A DNA stretch of 32,000 nt from Thermodesulfobacteriota bacterium (lineage in GTDB: Bacteria > Desulfobacterota > WTBG01 > JAGOGO01), in the NCBI GenBank assembly GCA_026625185.1, contig CP113000.1, positions 2,922,651 through 2,954,650 of the forward strand, given 5' to 3'. Below the pieces are notes generated by a model. It searched no databases, was not told the origin of the DNA, and was given only the letters and a program-made list of their open reading frames with translations. Within the stretch, counting starts at the first letter, position 1. Every line of letters begins with the position of its first letter. Position numbers and translations under genes: made by a program. Below are positions 17,599-26,133 of this stretch, piece by piece.

Positions 17599-18712
17599 CT
17601 AACTGGGTTTACTCTTGGCTCCCCTCGACAATAAGTACGCCTGAATAAATTGGTTGAGATCACCATCCATCACCGAATCTACATCTCCCACGTCAATATC
17701 GGTCCGATGGTCTTTTACCATCCGGTATGGCTGCATGATATAAGAGCGGATTTGGCTTCCCCAGGCGATTTCTTTTTTATTGGCATGCATTTCCTCCAAC
17801 TTCTGATTTTTTTCCTTTTGCTGAAGTTCATAAAGACGAGCTTTAAGAATCTTCAGTGCCATCGCTTTGTTCTTATGTTGAGAGCGCTCGTTTTGACATT
17901 GCACGACAAGCCCGGTAGGAATATGAGTAATCCGAACAGCGGAGTCAGTTTTGTTAACGTGTTGGCCACCCGCTCCGCTCGCCCGATAGGTATCAATTCT
18001 CAGTTCATCCTCCTTAATTTTAATAGAAATATCATCTTCCACATCCGGATAAACAAATACTGAGGCAAAAGAAGTATGGCGGCGCCGGTTAAAATCAAAA
18101 GGTGAGATGCGAACCAATCGATGAACTCCCACCTCGGCTTTTAAAAACCCATAAGCATATTTACCATTAACCGTAAACGTGGCGCTTTTTATTCCGGCTT
18201 CCTCTCCCGTAAGGATATCGGCTATTTCGGTAGAATAGCTGTTTTTTTCAGCCCAGCGAAGATACATGCGCAGCAGCATTGAGGCCCAGTCCTGCGACTC
18301 GGTCCCTCCGGCTCCGGAGTGGATAACCACAATCGCGCCATTTTCATCCTCCTTCTCCCTGAGCATCTGCTGTAATTCAAGGCTGGAGATTCTTTGCTCG
18401 ATCTGGATAAGGCTTTGTTCAACTTCTAACGCGGTCTTCTCGTCGTTTTCTTCCTGGGCTAATTGAAAAAGTATTTTAGTCTCTTCCAAAGCATGGCGCT
18501 GACTTTCCCAGGAATCAATTTCGGTTTGGAGCAATTTTCTTTGCTTAAGAACTTTTTCGGCCTTTTCATTATCAGACCAAAAATCAGGCGCGCTGATTAT
18601 TTTTTCAAGGTCAGCAAGAAGAAAATTTTTTCCATCAAAATCAAAGGTACCCCCTGAGATCTTGAAGTCGATCTTCCAGGGTAGTTATTTTTTCTAATAA
18701 GCCAGGTACCAT
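17599..18712 (-). CDS. prfB: Peptide chain release factor 2, expressed through a programmed +1 frameshift
   Basis: The track ORF 17599-18534 carries SPF (RISPFD) and GGQ (RASGAGGQHVNKTDSAVR). The upstream 23-codon ORF from the ATG at 18712 (SD ggaggagg) ends ...AGG GGG TAC CTT TGA T. Shifting +1 at CTT-T joins it in frame: 18642-17599 is 1044 nt. Total is about 370 aa. Confidence 0.92.
18641..18655 (-). other. prfB +1 frameshift site: internal SD AGGGGG, 3-nt spacer, CUU UGA
   Basis: The minus strand reads AGG GGG TAC CTT TGA T. TGA is at 18643-18641 and CTT at 18646-18644. This is the same architecture as the classical E. coli prfB recoding site. Confidence 0.9.
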
Positions 18713-18726
18713 CTTAACCTCCTCCG

Positions 18727-19032
18727 TTATTTTTTTTCTTTTCCATCGTCTTGCTTTTTCTTATAAATAATTTCATCCTGGCGGGTCATCCCCAGCTCTT
18801 CGCGAGCCACTTTTTCAACATACTTTCTGTCTTCCTGAAGAAGTTTAATCTCTTTTTTCAACCTTTCGTTCTCTGCTTTAATCTTTTCGCTTGCGGCTTT
18901 AACTTTCTCGTTCTCCTGCTCTATTTTCCTGAGTTTCAAAATTCCATTGTCTCCAAAGATAGTCCAGTAAGCGATCAAAAATATGAAAAAAATAAGCAAC
19001 AAAAATTGGACTTTTTCTTTAAATTTTTTCAT
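18727..19032 (-). CDS. ftsB: Septum formation initiator FtsB/DivIC family
   Basis: 101 aa. N-terminal TM FLLLIFFIFLIAYWTIF, coiled coil LKLRKIEQENEKVKAASEKIKAENERLKKEIKLLQED, then YVEKVAREELGM. Confidence 0.8.
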   Translation of the reverse strand: MKKFKEKVQFLLLIFFIFLIAYWTIFGDNGILKLRKIEQENEKVKAASEKIKAENERLKKEIKLLQEDRKYVEKVAREELGMTRQDEIIYKKKQDDGKEKK

Positions 19033-19039
19033 TCTTTCT

Positions 19040-19068
19040 ATTATAATATAATGGGAAAAAAATGTAAA
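19040..19068 (-). promoter_or_regulatory. Near-consensus sigma-70 promoter (TTTACA-N17-TATAAT) directly abutting the ftsB ATG
   Basis: The minus strand reads ggTTTACAtttttttcccattatatTATAATagaaagaATG. -35 is at 19068-19063 and -10 at 19045-19040. Only 7 nt separate the -10 from the ATG at 19032, and there is no SD. Confidence 0.45.
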
Positions 19069-19379
19069 CCCCGTTAGAAGGATCGAATTGACTCATAATT
19101 ATCTCTCCTTGGGAAGTTGATGTTCGTTACATCTATTTATGAGTGAACGATCCCTTTTAAATCACTCTTTGGGTAACATTTATTTATGAGGCAACCGGGG
19201 ATTCCACACGGAGCATTTATCCTGTTAGAAAATTTTCAAACAAGATTAATCCCACTTGAAAAAATGTAAAAATATTTAACCTAAACTCGTACTTATCCAC
19301 TCTGTTAGATATCAAATAGCTAACCCAGCAAGCGGGGCATTTCTAACGGGGTAAATGCAAAATTCAAAAAGGAAAGAGA

Positions 19380-19397
19380 CGGGAAGGTTAATTCCCG
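19380..19397 (-). terminator. Hairpin terminator candidate downstream of crt
   Basis: cgggaa-ggttaa-ttcccg is a 6-bp stem, 11 nt after the crt stop. It is followed on the minus strand by the pyrimidine/T-rich tctctttccttttt. On the plus strand it is also followed by a T run (gcttttt). Confidence 0.45.
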
Positions 19398-19408
19398 GCT
19401 TTTTAAGG

Positions 19409-20203
19409 TCAAGTGCTGGTAAAGGCAGGTTTCCGTTTTTCGATGAAGGCGGTAATCCCTTCTTTCTGGTCAGAATGAGAAAAACAAAGGCCAAAAGAAT
19501 CAGATTCAATCTGACAAGCGGTCTTAAGATCAAGATCAAACCCCGCTTCAACCGCTGATTTCGCCAGACGCACAGCCCAAGCCCCCTTTGAAACGATCGT
19601 AGAAGCTGTTTTTTTTGCCGCGGCAAGAAGGTCTTCGGCCGGAAAAACCTTATTAATAATTCCCAACTCTTTTGCTTCCTGGGCGCCGATCATTTGTCCG
19701 GTATATATAAGTTCTTTGGCATGGCTTTTTCCAATCAGCCGGGCAAGCCTTTGAGTGCCGCCAAACCCTGGGATTAATCCCAAATTAATCTCCGGCTGGC
19801 CAAACTTGGCATCATCGGAAGCAAAAATAAAGTCGCACGCCAAAGCCAGTTCCATTCCTCCACCTAAAGCAAAACCATTCACCGCCGCGATAACCGGTTT
19901 GCCGATGTTTTCTATAGTCTCCATCAGGGTGTGACCAAATTTCGAAAATCGTCTTCCTTCTTGAGGGGTAAGACCAAGCATTTCTTTAATATCAGCCCCT
20001 GCCACAAATGCTTTTCCTTCTCCGGTAAGGATAATGGCCCGAACATTCACATCCTTTTCTAATTCTTGAAAAGCGGCAAGAAGTTCGAGGAGCACTTCCT
20101 GGTTGAGCGCATTCAACGCTTGAGGCCGGTTAACCTTGAGCAATGCAATACTATTAGCAATCTCTAACAAAAGGGTATTATAGGCCATTTGTTTAAGCCT
20201 CAT
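19409..20203 (-). CDS. crt: Enoyl-CoA hydratase (crotonase family)
   Basis: 264 aa. FVAGADIKEM, AAVNGFALGGGMELALACD, FGQPEINLGLIPGFGGTQRL. Confidence 0.88.
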   Translation of the reverse strand: MRLKQMAYNTLLLEIANSIALLKVNRPQALNALNQEVLLELLAAFQELEKDVNVRAIILTGEGKAFVAGADIKEMLGLTPQEGRRFSKFGHTLMETIENIGKPVIAAVNGFALGGGMELALACDFIFASDDAKFGQPEINLGLIPGFGGTQRLARLIGKSHAKELIYTGQMIGAQEAKELGIINKVFPAEDLLAAAKKTASTIVSKGAWAVRLAKSAVEAGFDLDLKTACQIESDSFGLCFSHSDQKEGITAFIEKRKPAFTST

Positions 20204-20275
20204 TATAACTTATTTTTTAATTATTATAGTATATTGTAAAAATAACTTAAACCATCAATTTAATTTTTCTCTTTG

Positions 20276-21133
20276 TTATTTCTTATTATAATCGTAAAAT
20301 CCTTTACCTGTCTTCCGGCCTAAATTTCCCGTGCGAACCATCTGCTTAAGAAGCGGACACGGACGATATTTAGAATCCCCGAATTCAGCGTATAAGGTCT
20401 CCATAATCGTCAGGGCCGTGTCTAAACCAATCATATCTAAAAGAGCGATAGGCCCAATCGGATGATGACAACCCAGTTTCATCCCATTATCAATATCCTC
20501 TTTGCTGGCAACTCCCTCCATTAAAGTAAAAACCGCCTCATTAAGCATGGGGATGAGAATCCGGTTCACCATAAATCCGGGAAAGTCTTTTATCTCAATG
20601 CCGGTTTTCCCGATTTTATTTACCACCTCTTTCACCACCTGAAAGGCCTCATCCGAAGTCTCTAATCCGCGGATAATTTCCACCAGCTGCATCACCGGCA
20701 CGGGATAGAAAAAGTGGAGGCCAATAACACGTTTTGGACGATTCGTAAAAGAAGCAATCTCCGGGATGCTCAGTGACGACGTATTGGAAGCAAACACCAC
20801 TTTTGGGTCGCATAAATTGCTGATTTCCTCGTAAAAACTCTTTTTTTTCGCTTTATTTTCTGAAATCGTCTCAATGATCAGTTCACAAGGCTTTAGGTCC
20901 TCAAGCTTTATGGTTCCCTTTATTCGCCCCAGAACAACATCGTATTCCTGCTGAGTCATTTTTTCTTTCTGAACCAAATGGCTTAAGTTGTCTTTGATGG
21001 TTTTTAACCCATTCTCCAGAAAACGGTCTTCGATATCCCGCAACACTATTATATAACCCGCCTGAGACAACACCTGAGCAATGCCGCTGCCCATCAGCCC
21101 CGCCCCAACCACCCCAATAATTTTTATATCCAT
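20276..21133 (-). CDS. hbd: 3-hydroxyacyl/3-hydroxybutyryl-CoA dehydrogenase
   Basis: Rossmann [37 protein letters not shown]-terminal [11 protein letters not shown]. The track start is 21208. I prefer the ATG at 21133 ([12 protein letters not shown]), which follows the SD aaaggaga. Confidence 0.88.
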   Translation of the reverse strand: MDIKIIGVVGAGLMGSGIAQVLSQAGYIIVLRDIEDRFLENGLKTIKDNLSHLVQKEKMTQQEYDVVLGRIKGTIKLEDLKPCELIIETISENKAKKKSFYEEISNLCDPKVVFASNTSSLSIPEIASFTNRPKRVIGLHFFYPVPVMQLVEIIRGLETSDEAFQVVKEVVNKIGKTGIEIKDFPGFMVNRILIPMLNEAVFTLMEGVASKEDIDNGMKLGCHHPIGPIALLDMIGLDTALTIMETLYAEFGDSKYRPCPLLKQMVRTGNLGRKTGKGFYDYNKK

Positions 21134-21164
21134 AGTATCTCCTTTTAAAGGCACTGTTACCCAA

Positions 21165-22457
21165 TTAGACTCGTTCAAGAATCGCGGCCATGCCTTGCCC
21201 GCCGCCAATACACATGGTCACCAAACCTAAGTTTGAATTCTTACGTTTCATTTCATTCATGAGCGTTACGACCAGCCGAGCCCCGGTGCACCCAATGGGA
21301 TGTCCCAATGAAAGCCCGCCTCCCAAAAGATTGGTCTTTTCCATGGTCAGGCCTAATTCTCTCAAGCACGCAATCGATTGAGAGGCAAAGGATTCATTCA
21401 ATTCCAGCACATCAATATCCTTCATAGTAAGGCCGGCTTGTTTCAGCGCTTTTTTACAGGCCGGGACCGGACCAAGTCCCATATAAGCCGGATCCAATCC
21501 TCCGGCGGCAAAGGTCTTGATTTTCACAATCGGGGTTAACCCTAATTCCTTTGCCTTATCTTTGCTCATTAATACCACTGCGGCCGACGCGTCATTAATG
21601 CCTGCGGCATTCCCGGCAGTCACCGTCCCGTCTTTCTTAAAAGCCGGGGCTAATTTTGCCATCTTTTCCATATTGGTATCCATAGGGCGCTCATCAGTAT
21701 CAAAGACCATGGAATCGCCTTTTTTCCGGGGAGTTATGACCGGCACGATCTCCTGGGCAAAAATACCCTTTTTAATTGCTTCTCGGGCCCGTTGATGACT
21801 CAAAACACCGAATTCATCCTGCTCTTTACGGCTAATTCCGTATAATGCCGCGATATTTTCCGCGGTCATTCCCATGTGATAGTTATAAAAAATTTCGTAA
21901 AGCCCATCAAAAACCATTAAATCGATGAGTTCCCCGCGGGAGCTTACATCCATCCGATAACCCCACCTGGCTTTCGGCAAAGCATAGGGAGCGCCACTCA
22001 TGCTTTCCATACCACCGGCAACTACCACATCAGTTAAACCGGCCATGATACTGGTAGCGCCAACGGTTATGGCTTTTAAACCGGAAGCGCAAATCTTGTT
22101 CACGGTCATGGCATTGACCTCTTTGGGAAACCCGGCCTGAATCATCGCCTGACGGGTAGTATTTTGTCCCTGGCCGGCCTGGAAAACATTTCCCATCACC
22201 ACTTCATCAACCGACACCGGAATAGCTGAATCATCCCAATCCTGCGCCTTTTTCTCCAGAGCAATCATACCCTGACCTTTTAACTTTTCTGGTGCAGATT
22301 CCAGAAGCTCTTTGCTTACAATTGGTTTAAGGCCAGCCTTTCTCATTACTTCCTTTAAAACAATGGCCCCTAATTTAACTACCGGCACATCTTTTAAAGA
22401 TCCGCCAAAATTTGCAATGGGTGTTCGCACGCCGCTTACAATAACTACTTCTTTCAT
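21165..22457 (-). CDS. Acetyl-CoA acetyltransferase (thiolase II family) with an N-terminal-region insertion
   Basis: 430 aa. Nucleophile Cys in [12 protein letters not shown]-terminal [10 protein letters not shown] and CIGGGQGMA. An extra ~35 aa ([38 protein letters not shown]) sits where typical thiolases run straight from KAG.. to DEV.MGNV. Confidence 0.88.
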   Translation of the reverse strand: MKEVVIVSGVRTPIANFGGSLKDVPVVKLGAIVLKEVMRKAGLKPIVSKELLESAPEKLKGQGMIALEKKAQDWDDSAIPVSVDEVVMGNVFQAGQGQNTTRQAMIQAGFPKEVNAMTVNKICASGLKAITVGATSIMAGLTDVVVAGGMESMSGAPYALPKARWGYRMDVSSRGELIDLMVFDGLYEIFYNYHMGMTAENIAALYGISRKEQDEFGVLSHQRAREAIKKGIFAQEIVPVITPRKKGDSMVFDTDERPMDTNMEKMAKLAPAFKKDGTVTAGNAAGINDASAAVVLMSKDKAKELGLTPIVKIKTFAAGGLDPAYMGLGPVPACKKALKQAGLTMKDIDVLELNESFASQSIACLRELGLTMEKTNLLGGGLSLGHPIGCTGARLVVTLMNEMKRKNSNLGLVTMCIGGGQGMAAILERV

Positions 22458-22514
22458 GAGAATTCCTTCCTTGGTAAATTCACTATTTTATCCAAGTATT
22501 TTTAATTAGTCAAC

Positions 22515-22835
22515 TACTACCGGCTAAAGCCGGCAGTTTGAATTTCGGCTGTAAGCCGACTAAAGTTCTCCATCAACCTTGAAGTCACCATCGGGAGGCT
22601 CAATACTTTGTTGTTCTATATATTTCATGATCAATTCGTCGGTCACATTGCCGGAGTTTGCCGCAAAGTAGCCTCGTGCCCACATGCGCCTACCCCAAAA
22701 GGATTTGCTTTCGGTATTTTGTGATCCATACTATAGGATACTTGAAATCGTATGGGTTATGACTCGATTTCCTGTAATTCTCCATACCGAAAGCATACTA
22801 AAGTCTTCGCCTGAAGGCGAGAGTTTTTCTCTCAT
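22515..22835 (-). mobile_element. Decayed IS200/IS605-family element (tnpA remnant plus flanking hairpins)
   Basis: Hairpins lie on both sides of the tnpA remnant: ccggc-taaa-gccgg (22520-22533), tcggc-tgtaa-gccga (22545-22559), tcgcc-tgaa-ggcga (22807-22820) and gagag-ttttt-ctctc (22819-22833). Subterminal hairpins are typical of this IS family. Confidence 0.6.
22560..22785 (-). pseudogene. tnpA: Internally deleted IS200-type Y1 transposase (tnpA)
   Basis: From the ATG at 22785: MENYRKSSHNPYDFKYPIVWITKYRKQILLG* (IS200 TnpA N-terminus). In another frame, ..SKSFWGRRMWARGYFAANSGNVTDELIMKYIEQQSIEPPDGDFKVDGEL* (IS200 TnpA C-terminus), ending at 22560. The central catalytic part is missing. Confidence 0.7.
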
Positions 22836-23076
22836 TCTTTTAAGGAGATAATAAAAAAATGTCAAGAAAGTTTTTTTTTGAGGTATTTTTTTAATGGTTT
22901 TTCTAAAAAGGGATATAATATTATAAAATCAAAATGTTTTTCAAGATAGTTGTTAATTTACTTCAGATTTGTTTTGACTTTTTTGCTTCCTCCCTGAGAC
23001 GTGCTTCTTAATCTTTAATTATAAAAGAGGGCTGAACGTGATATGAAATCACGAATTTTAGGCCAGATTAAGCTTC

Positions 23077-23201
23077 ATACCAAGTTGCATTCAAAAGCAG
23101 ATCGAGACGACGACGAGGTATCGACACAGGTGTACGTTTTAGTACGTCCAGGAGTATGATGAGGAGCCAACAAAGATATACAAATGAAGGCGACTTGGTA
23201 T
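23077..23201 (-). repeat. Copy B of the 125-bp TIR element, inverted relative to copy A
   Basis: Its reverse complement aligns end to end with 15848-15972. I count 12 mismatches, clustered in the central and right part. The termini ATACCAAGT/ACTTGGTAT are the same. Confidence 0.75.
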
Positions 23202-23259
23202 TAACCCTTTTATCGGTCATTTACTCATTCACTTAATCATTTACCTTAAGAGGTGAAGC

Positions 23260-24009
23260 TTGCGTTTCGGTGGAAGGGTATACAAAATTGAAGATTTGAA
23301 AATTATTGGTTCCTTGGGTCTTGACTTCGCTGAAATTAATCTCCTCGAAGGAGGAACTATGATATACCAGCCTAAGGACTTGCTACGGGAGGCGGAAAAG
23401 TGGGGTTTTACCTACTTGGTTCATGCCCCCAGAGAAGAAGACCCCTGTGATCTCAATCGACTGGCGGGTGTTTATTTTCAGGAGATTCTTGGCTTGTTTA
23501 AGGCTTGTCGAAAACTCTCTTGTCCGCTGCTCAACATCCACTTCTGGATGGACCCCCGATTTATCCCGGAAAAAATTCGGAACCGGAAGCGGGAAATACT
23601 CTTTGCCATGGCCAGAGAGGGACTGCGAAACGGGGGCCAACTTTGTTTGGAGAACTTGAGCGAACGTCCGGAGGACTTCCAATCATTGCTCTCAGAATGC
23701 CCGGAATTGGGCCTCACATTGGATATTGGCCACGCTCAGTTGTACTCTCAGAAAAATCATTGTGTTGAATTTCTGGAACTATGGCCTAAAAGGGTCAAAC
23801 ACGTTCATGCCCATGATAACATGGGAGGAGAAGGGCTGGAATATGACGTTCACCTTCCAATCGGAAAGGGGGTAATCGATTTCCTCTCTATCATGCGGGC
23901 ATTCGTGGTGTCTGGATACCAGAGAACTATTACTTTAGAAGTGCCCCTTGATCATTTGGAATCGTCGGTCAGACAACTCAAAAAAATTGTTGACTCCCTT
24001 AAAGTATAG
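23260..24009 (+). CDS. Sugar phosphate isomerase/epimerase (xylose isomerase-like TIM barrel family)
   Basis: 249 aa, TTG start after the SD aagaggtga. Family landmarks YLVHAP, LLNIHFW, LCLENL, LTLDIGHAQL, HVHAHDN, ITLEV. Confidence 0.75.
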   Translation: MRFGGRVYKIEDLKIIGSLGLDFAEINLLEGGTMIYQPKDLLREAEKWGFTYLVHAPREEDPCDLNRLAGVYFQEILGLFKACRKLSCPLLNIHFWMDPRFIPEKIRNRKREILFAMAREGLRNGGQLCLENLSERPEDFQSLLSECPELGLTLDIGHAQLYSQKNHCVEFLELWPKRVKHVHAHDNMGGEGLEYDVHLPIGKGVIDFLSIMRAFVVSGYQRTITLEVPLDHLESSVRQLKKIVDSLKV

Positions 24010-24050
24010 AAATATGAATTTTCCATTTTTTCTCGAACTCTTCGCGGTAA

Positions 24051-24260
24051 TGCGGGGATTCTTATTTTGTCCTCCGGCACTCGAATGGCTTTATGTATTC
24101 CGTCTCCAATGCGGAAGCGGAACGCGCCGGAGCAATGTTTCTGGAATTGGAAGGGTGTGATCTGGATCCGGCCGCCGAAGTAACCCTAGCCTCCCTTCTC
24201 CCACCTGCAAAAATGGGGCTTATTCTGCCGGACGACATCGTATTGGTCAACCTGACCGGG
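24051..24260 (+). pseudogene. C-terminal fragment of a fold-type-II PLP enzyme (threonine synthase-like)
   Basis: The frame opens after a TAA at 24048. RHSNGFMYSVSNAEAERAGAMFLELEGCDLDPAAEVTLASLLPPAKMGLILPDDIVLVNLTGVGY follows the ThrC C-terminal pattern S.G....V.D.E...A....EG...EP..A..lA.l....G.I.....VV..LTG.G. No N-terminal ~300 aa is present. The region is visibly more G+C-rich than its flanks. Confidence 0.35.
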
Positions 24261-24828
24261 GTTGGGTATCATCGTCTGATACTGGGGCACGTTCTCTATC
24301 CCCAGCTTCCCGATACGACAATGCCCGCTTCCTGCCTGTCGTTCGCGTCGTCAACCCCACTGAAAAGTGCAGAAAAAACTTTTCGGAACATATTTTTGCT
24401 TGCTTAGACTGTACATAAATAAGTATTCCGACATGTTTAAGATTTTTCAGGCGCTCTAAACCGAAATCCCCTAAAACCTTCTTGACAGAAAGACCGCGGT
24501 CTCATTTAAAAAACATGTAATCTAACAAAAGAGAACAGGTATAAGTGCCTTCATTCCATTTGCTTGATTTTGATAAGCAAGCTCCGGCGGTAGGAGCGAA
24601 AAAAGACAAAAGAACCATCTCTTCATTGTTGGGAAAAAATAACGTGTAAAGGATGGAGCAAATTTTTTTTTGTTAAGAATTGAAGACGCGGGATATCCTG
24701 GTGGTGTCACCGAATTAACTTTAAACCTCACCCAACATGAGAGAAGAAAATAACTGACGTTGTTTTTCTCCTCCTTTGATGGGAGGGGGAGGGTGAGTAC
24801 TATTCCTAAAGTCAATGACATTTAAACT

Positions 24829-26133
24829 TTAGGGAGTTTTTCCGCCGTTATCAATAAGCGCTTTCACCGCCTCAAGACCGTAGGGTGTACCTTCCTCAAT
24901 GGCCTTTAACACCGTACCGCCGCCCGTGAAGAAATAGTATTTCGAATTATCAAGGGTCGATAGGTAGAGACCGGGGCAAAGATTTTTAAATTCCTGAAGC
25001 GTATCCCCGCCTCCGTATAGTTTATTTGCCGCGGCGTTCTGATCAATTTTACTATCCAGAGCTGCAGAACCTTCACAAAAATACGGCGTATATCCCATGA
25101 CCGCATTTACAAAAATGGTTCTTGCCACGCTCAGAGTATCCGAAATCTCAGGATCTTCAAATGATTCCTTCGCAATATCTAAAATGTAAGGAAGTTTCGT
25201 GCCTTTTATAAATTCCTTTATCGACCTGATCCGGTATTTCCCCTCAATTTTCCCCTCCATGGTATCTGATTCATACACATAGGGAAGTTCCAGTATCTTG
25301 TGCTGTTCCTTGTCCATCTCCACAAGATTCTTGGCAGCATCGATATCTTCCTGTTCTATGCCGCTGACTGATATATTATATTTTGCACAGAGGTAGGTAT
25401 TGTAAATGATCCCTCCTAAGATCAATTTATCAACTTTCTTATAAATTTCATTCAGTGGTCCGATCTTCGTATTGTACTTTGCGCCTGCCACAACAGAGAT
25501 GAACGGTCTCTCGGGTTGCAGAACCTGCGAAAGATTCTGTATCTCCTTTTGCATGAGATATCCCGCAAAAGACGGTAGATACTTCGTGATGTGATAGGTG
25601 GATACATGAGGCTGCCAGGAGCCGAACGCATCGTTAACAAAGACGTCGGCCAGGCCCGCTAATTGGCGTGCAAAGTCCTCACGGTATTCCGCTTTCGATT
25701 CTTCTCCTGTGAACCATCTCGTATTCGGGAGGTATATAGCTCCGATTCTTTTTTCTTTCAGATTTTTTACGGCAAGATTTATCGAGGTGTCTATGCTTTT
25801 TATTCCTTCATCACCTTCGGGCCTAAATGAGGGACAGTAGATCTTAGTATGAAGTTTACGTTCCAGATATTCGGCAATGGGTTCAACCGCGGTTGATTTA
25901 TCTACTTTAATTTTATCGGTTTTGTCCCGGGGTCTTCCAATATGCGTCATAATGATCGGTCTGCCGCCCCTCTCGACGATATTGAAGATAGTTCCAATGG
26001 TTTGATCTATTCTAAACGGGTCTTCGATGACTCCGTTCTTGACCACATTATGGTCAACGCGCAGCAGGACTATTTTATTTTCTACATCGGCATCCTGCAA
26101 AAGCGGAAGTTTGGGATCAAGTTGTGTTTTCAT
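24829..26133 (-). CDS. pgk: Phosphoglycerate kinase (long, divergent form)
   Basis: 434 aa. N-terminal substrate-binding pattern VLLRVDHNVV..G.IEDPFRIDQTIGTI...GGRPIIMTHIGRP. C-terminal nucleotide-domain YGGGDT and FFTGGGTVLKAIEG. Confidence 0.8.
   Translation of the reverse strand: MKTQLDPKLPLLQDADVENKIVLLRVDHNVVKNGVIEDPFRIDQTIGTIFNIVERGGRPIIMTHIGRPRDKTDKIKVDKSTAVEPIAEYLERKLHTKIYCPSFRPEGDEGIKSIDTSINLAVKNLKEKRIGAIYLPNTRWFTGEESKAEYREDFARQLAGLADVFVNDAFGSWQPHVSTYHITKYLPSFAGYLMQKEIQNLSQVLQPERPFISVVAGAKYNTKIGPLNEIYKKVDKLILGGIIYNTYLCAKYNISVSGIEQEDIDAAKNLVEMDKEQHKILELPYVYESDTMEGKIEGKYRIRSIKEFIKGTKLPYILDIAKESFEDPEISDTLSVARTIFVNAVMGYTPYFCEGSAALDSKIDQNAAANKLYGGGDTLQEFKNLCPGLYLSTLDNSKYYFFTGGGTVLKAIEEGTPYGLEAVKALIDNGGKTP

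Noticed and set aside
19126-19195. Direct repeats considered as a mini-CRISPR array
   Set aside because: There are only two imperfect 23-nt copies with one 24-nt spacer. They are AT-rich and non-palindromic, and there are no cas genes in the window.
19312-19626. 104-aa minus-strand ORF and the 19355-19558 plus-strand ORF
   Set aside because: Both overlap the crt 3' end and terminator region in other frames. They are Arg/Leu-rich shadow-ORF translations of a real gene.
20276-21208. Long form of hbd with a 25-aa N-terminal extension ([15 protein letters not shown]...)
   Set aside because: The extension overlaps the thiolase 3' end. The internal ATG at 21133 has a proper SD and begins exactly at the Rossmann fold.
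23383-23768. Cluster of overlapping ORFs (23383-23682, 23423-23659, 23478-23717, 23505-23768)
   Set aside because: All lie inside the well-supported TIM-barrel isomerase CDS in alternative frames or strands. The same reasoning applies to the antisense ORFs at 4607-4939, 10184-10585, 17650-18063, 21517-21795 and 30417-30815.
24756-24790. Hairpin ctcctcc-tttgatg-ggagggg downstream of pgk as a rho-independent terminator
   Set aside because: On the pgk (minus) strand the G-U pairs become C-A mismatches, and no T tract follows.
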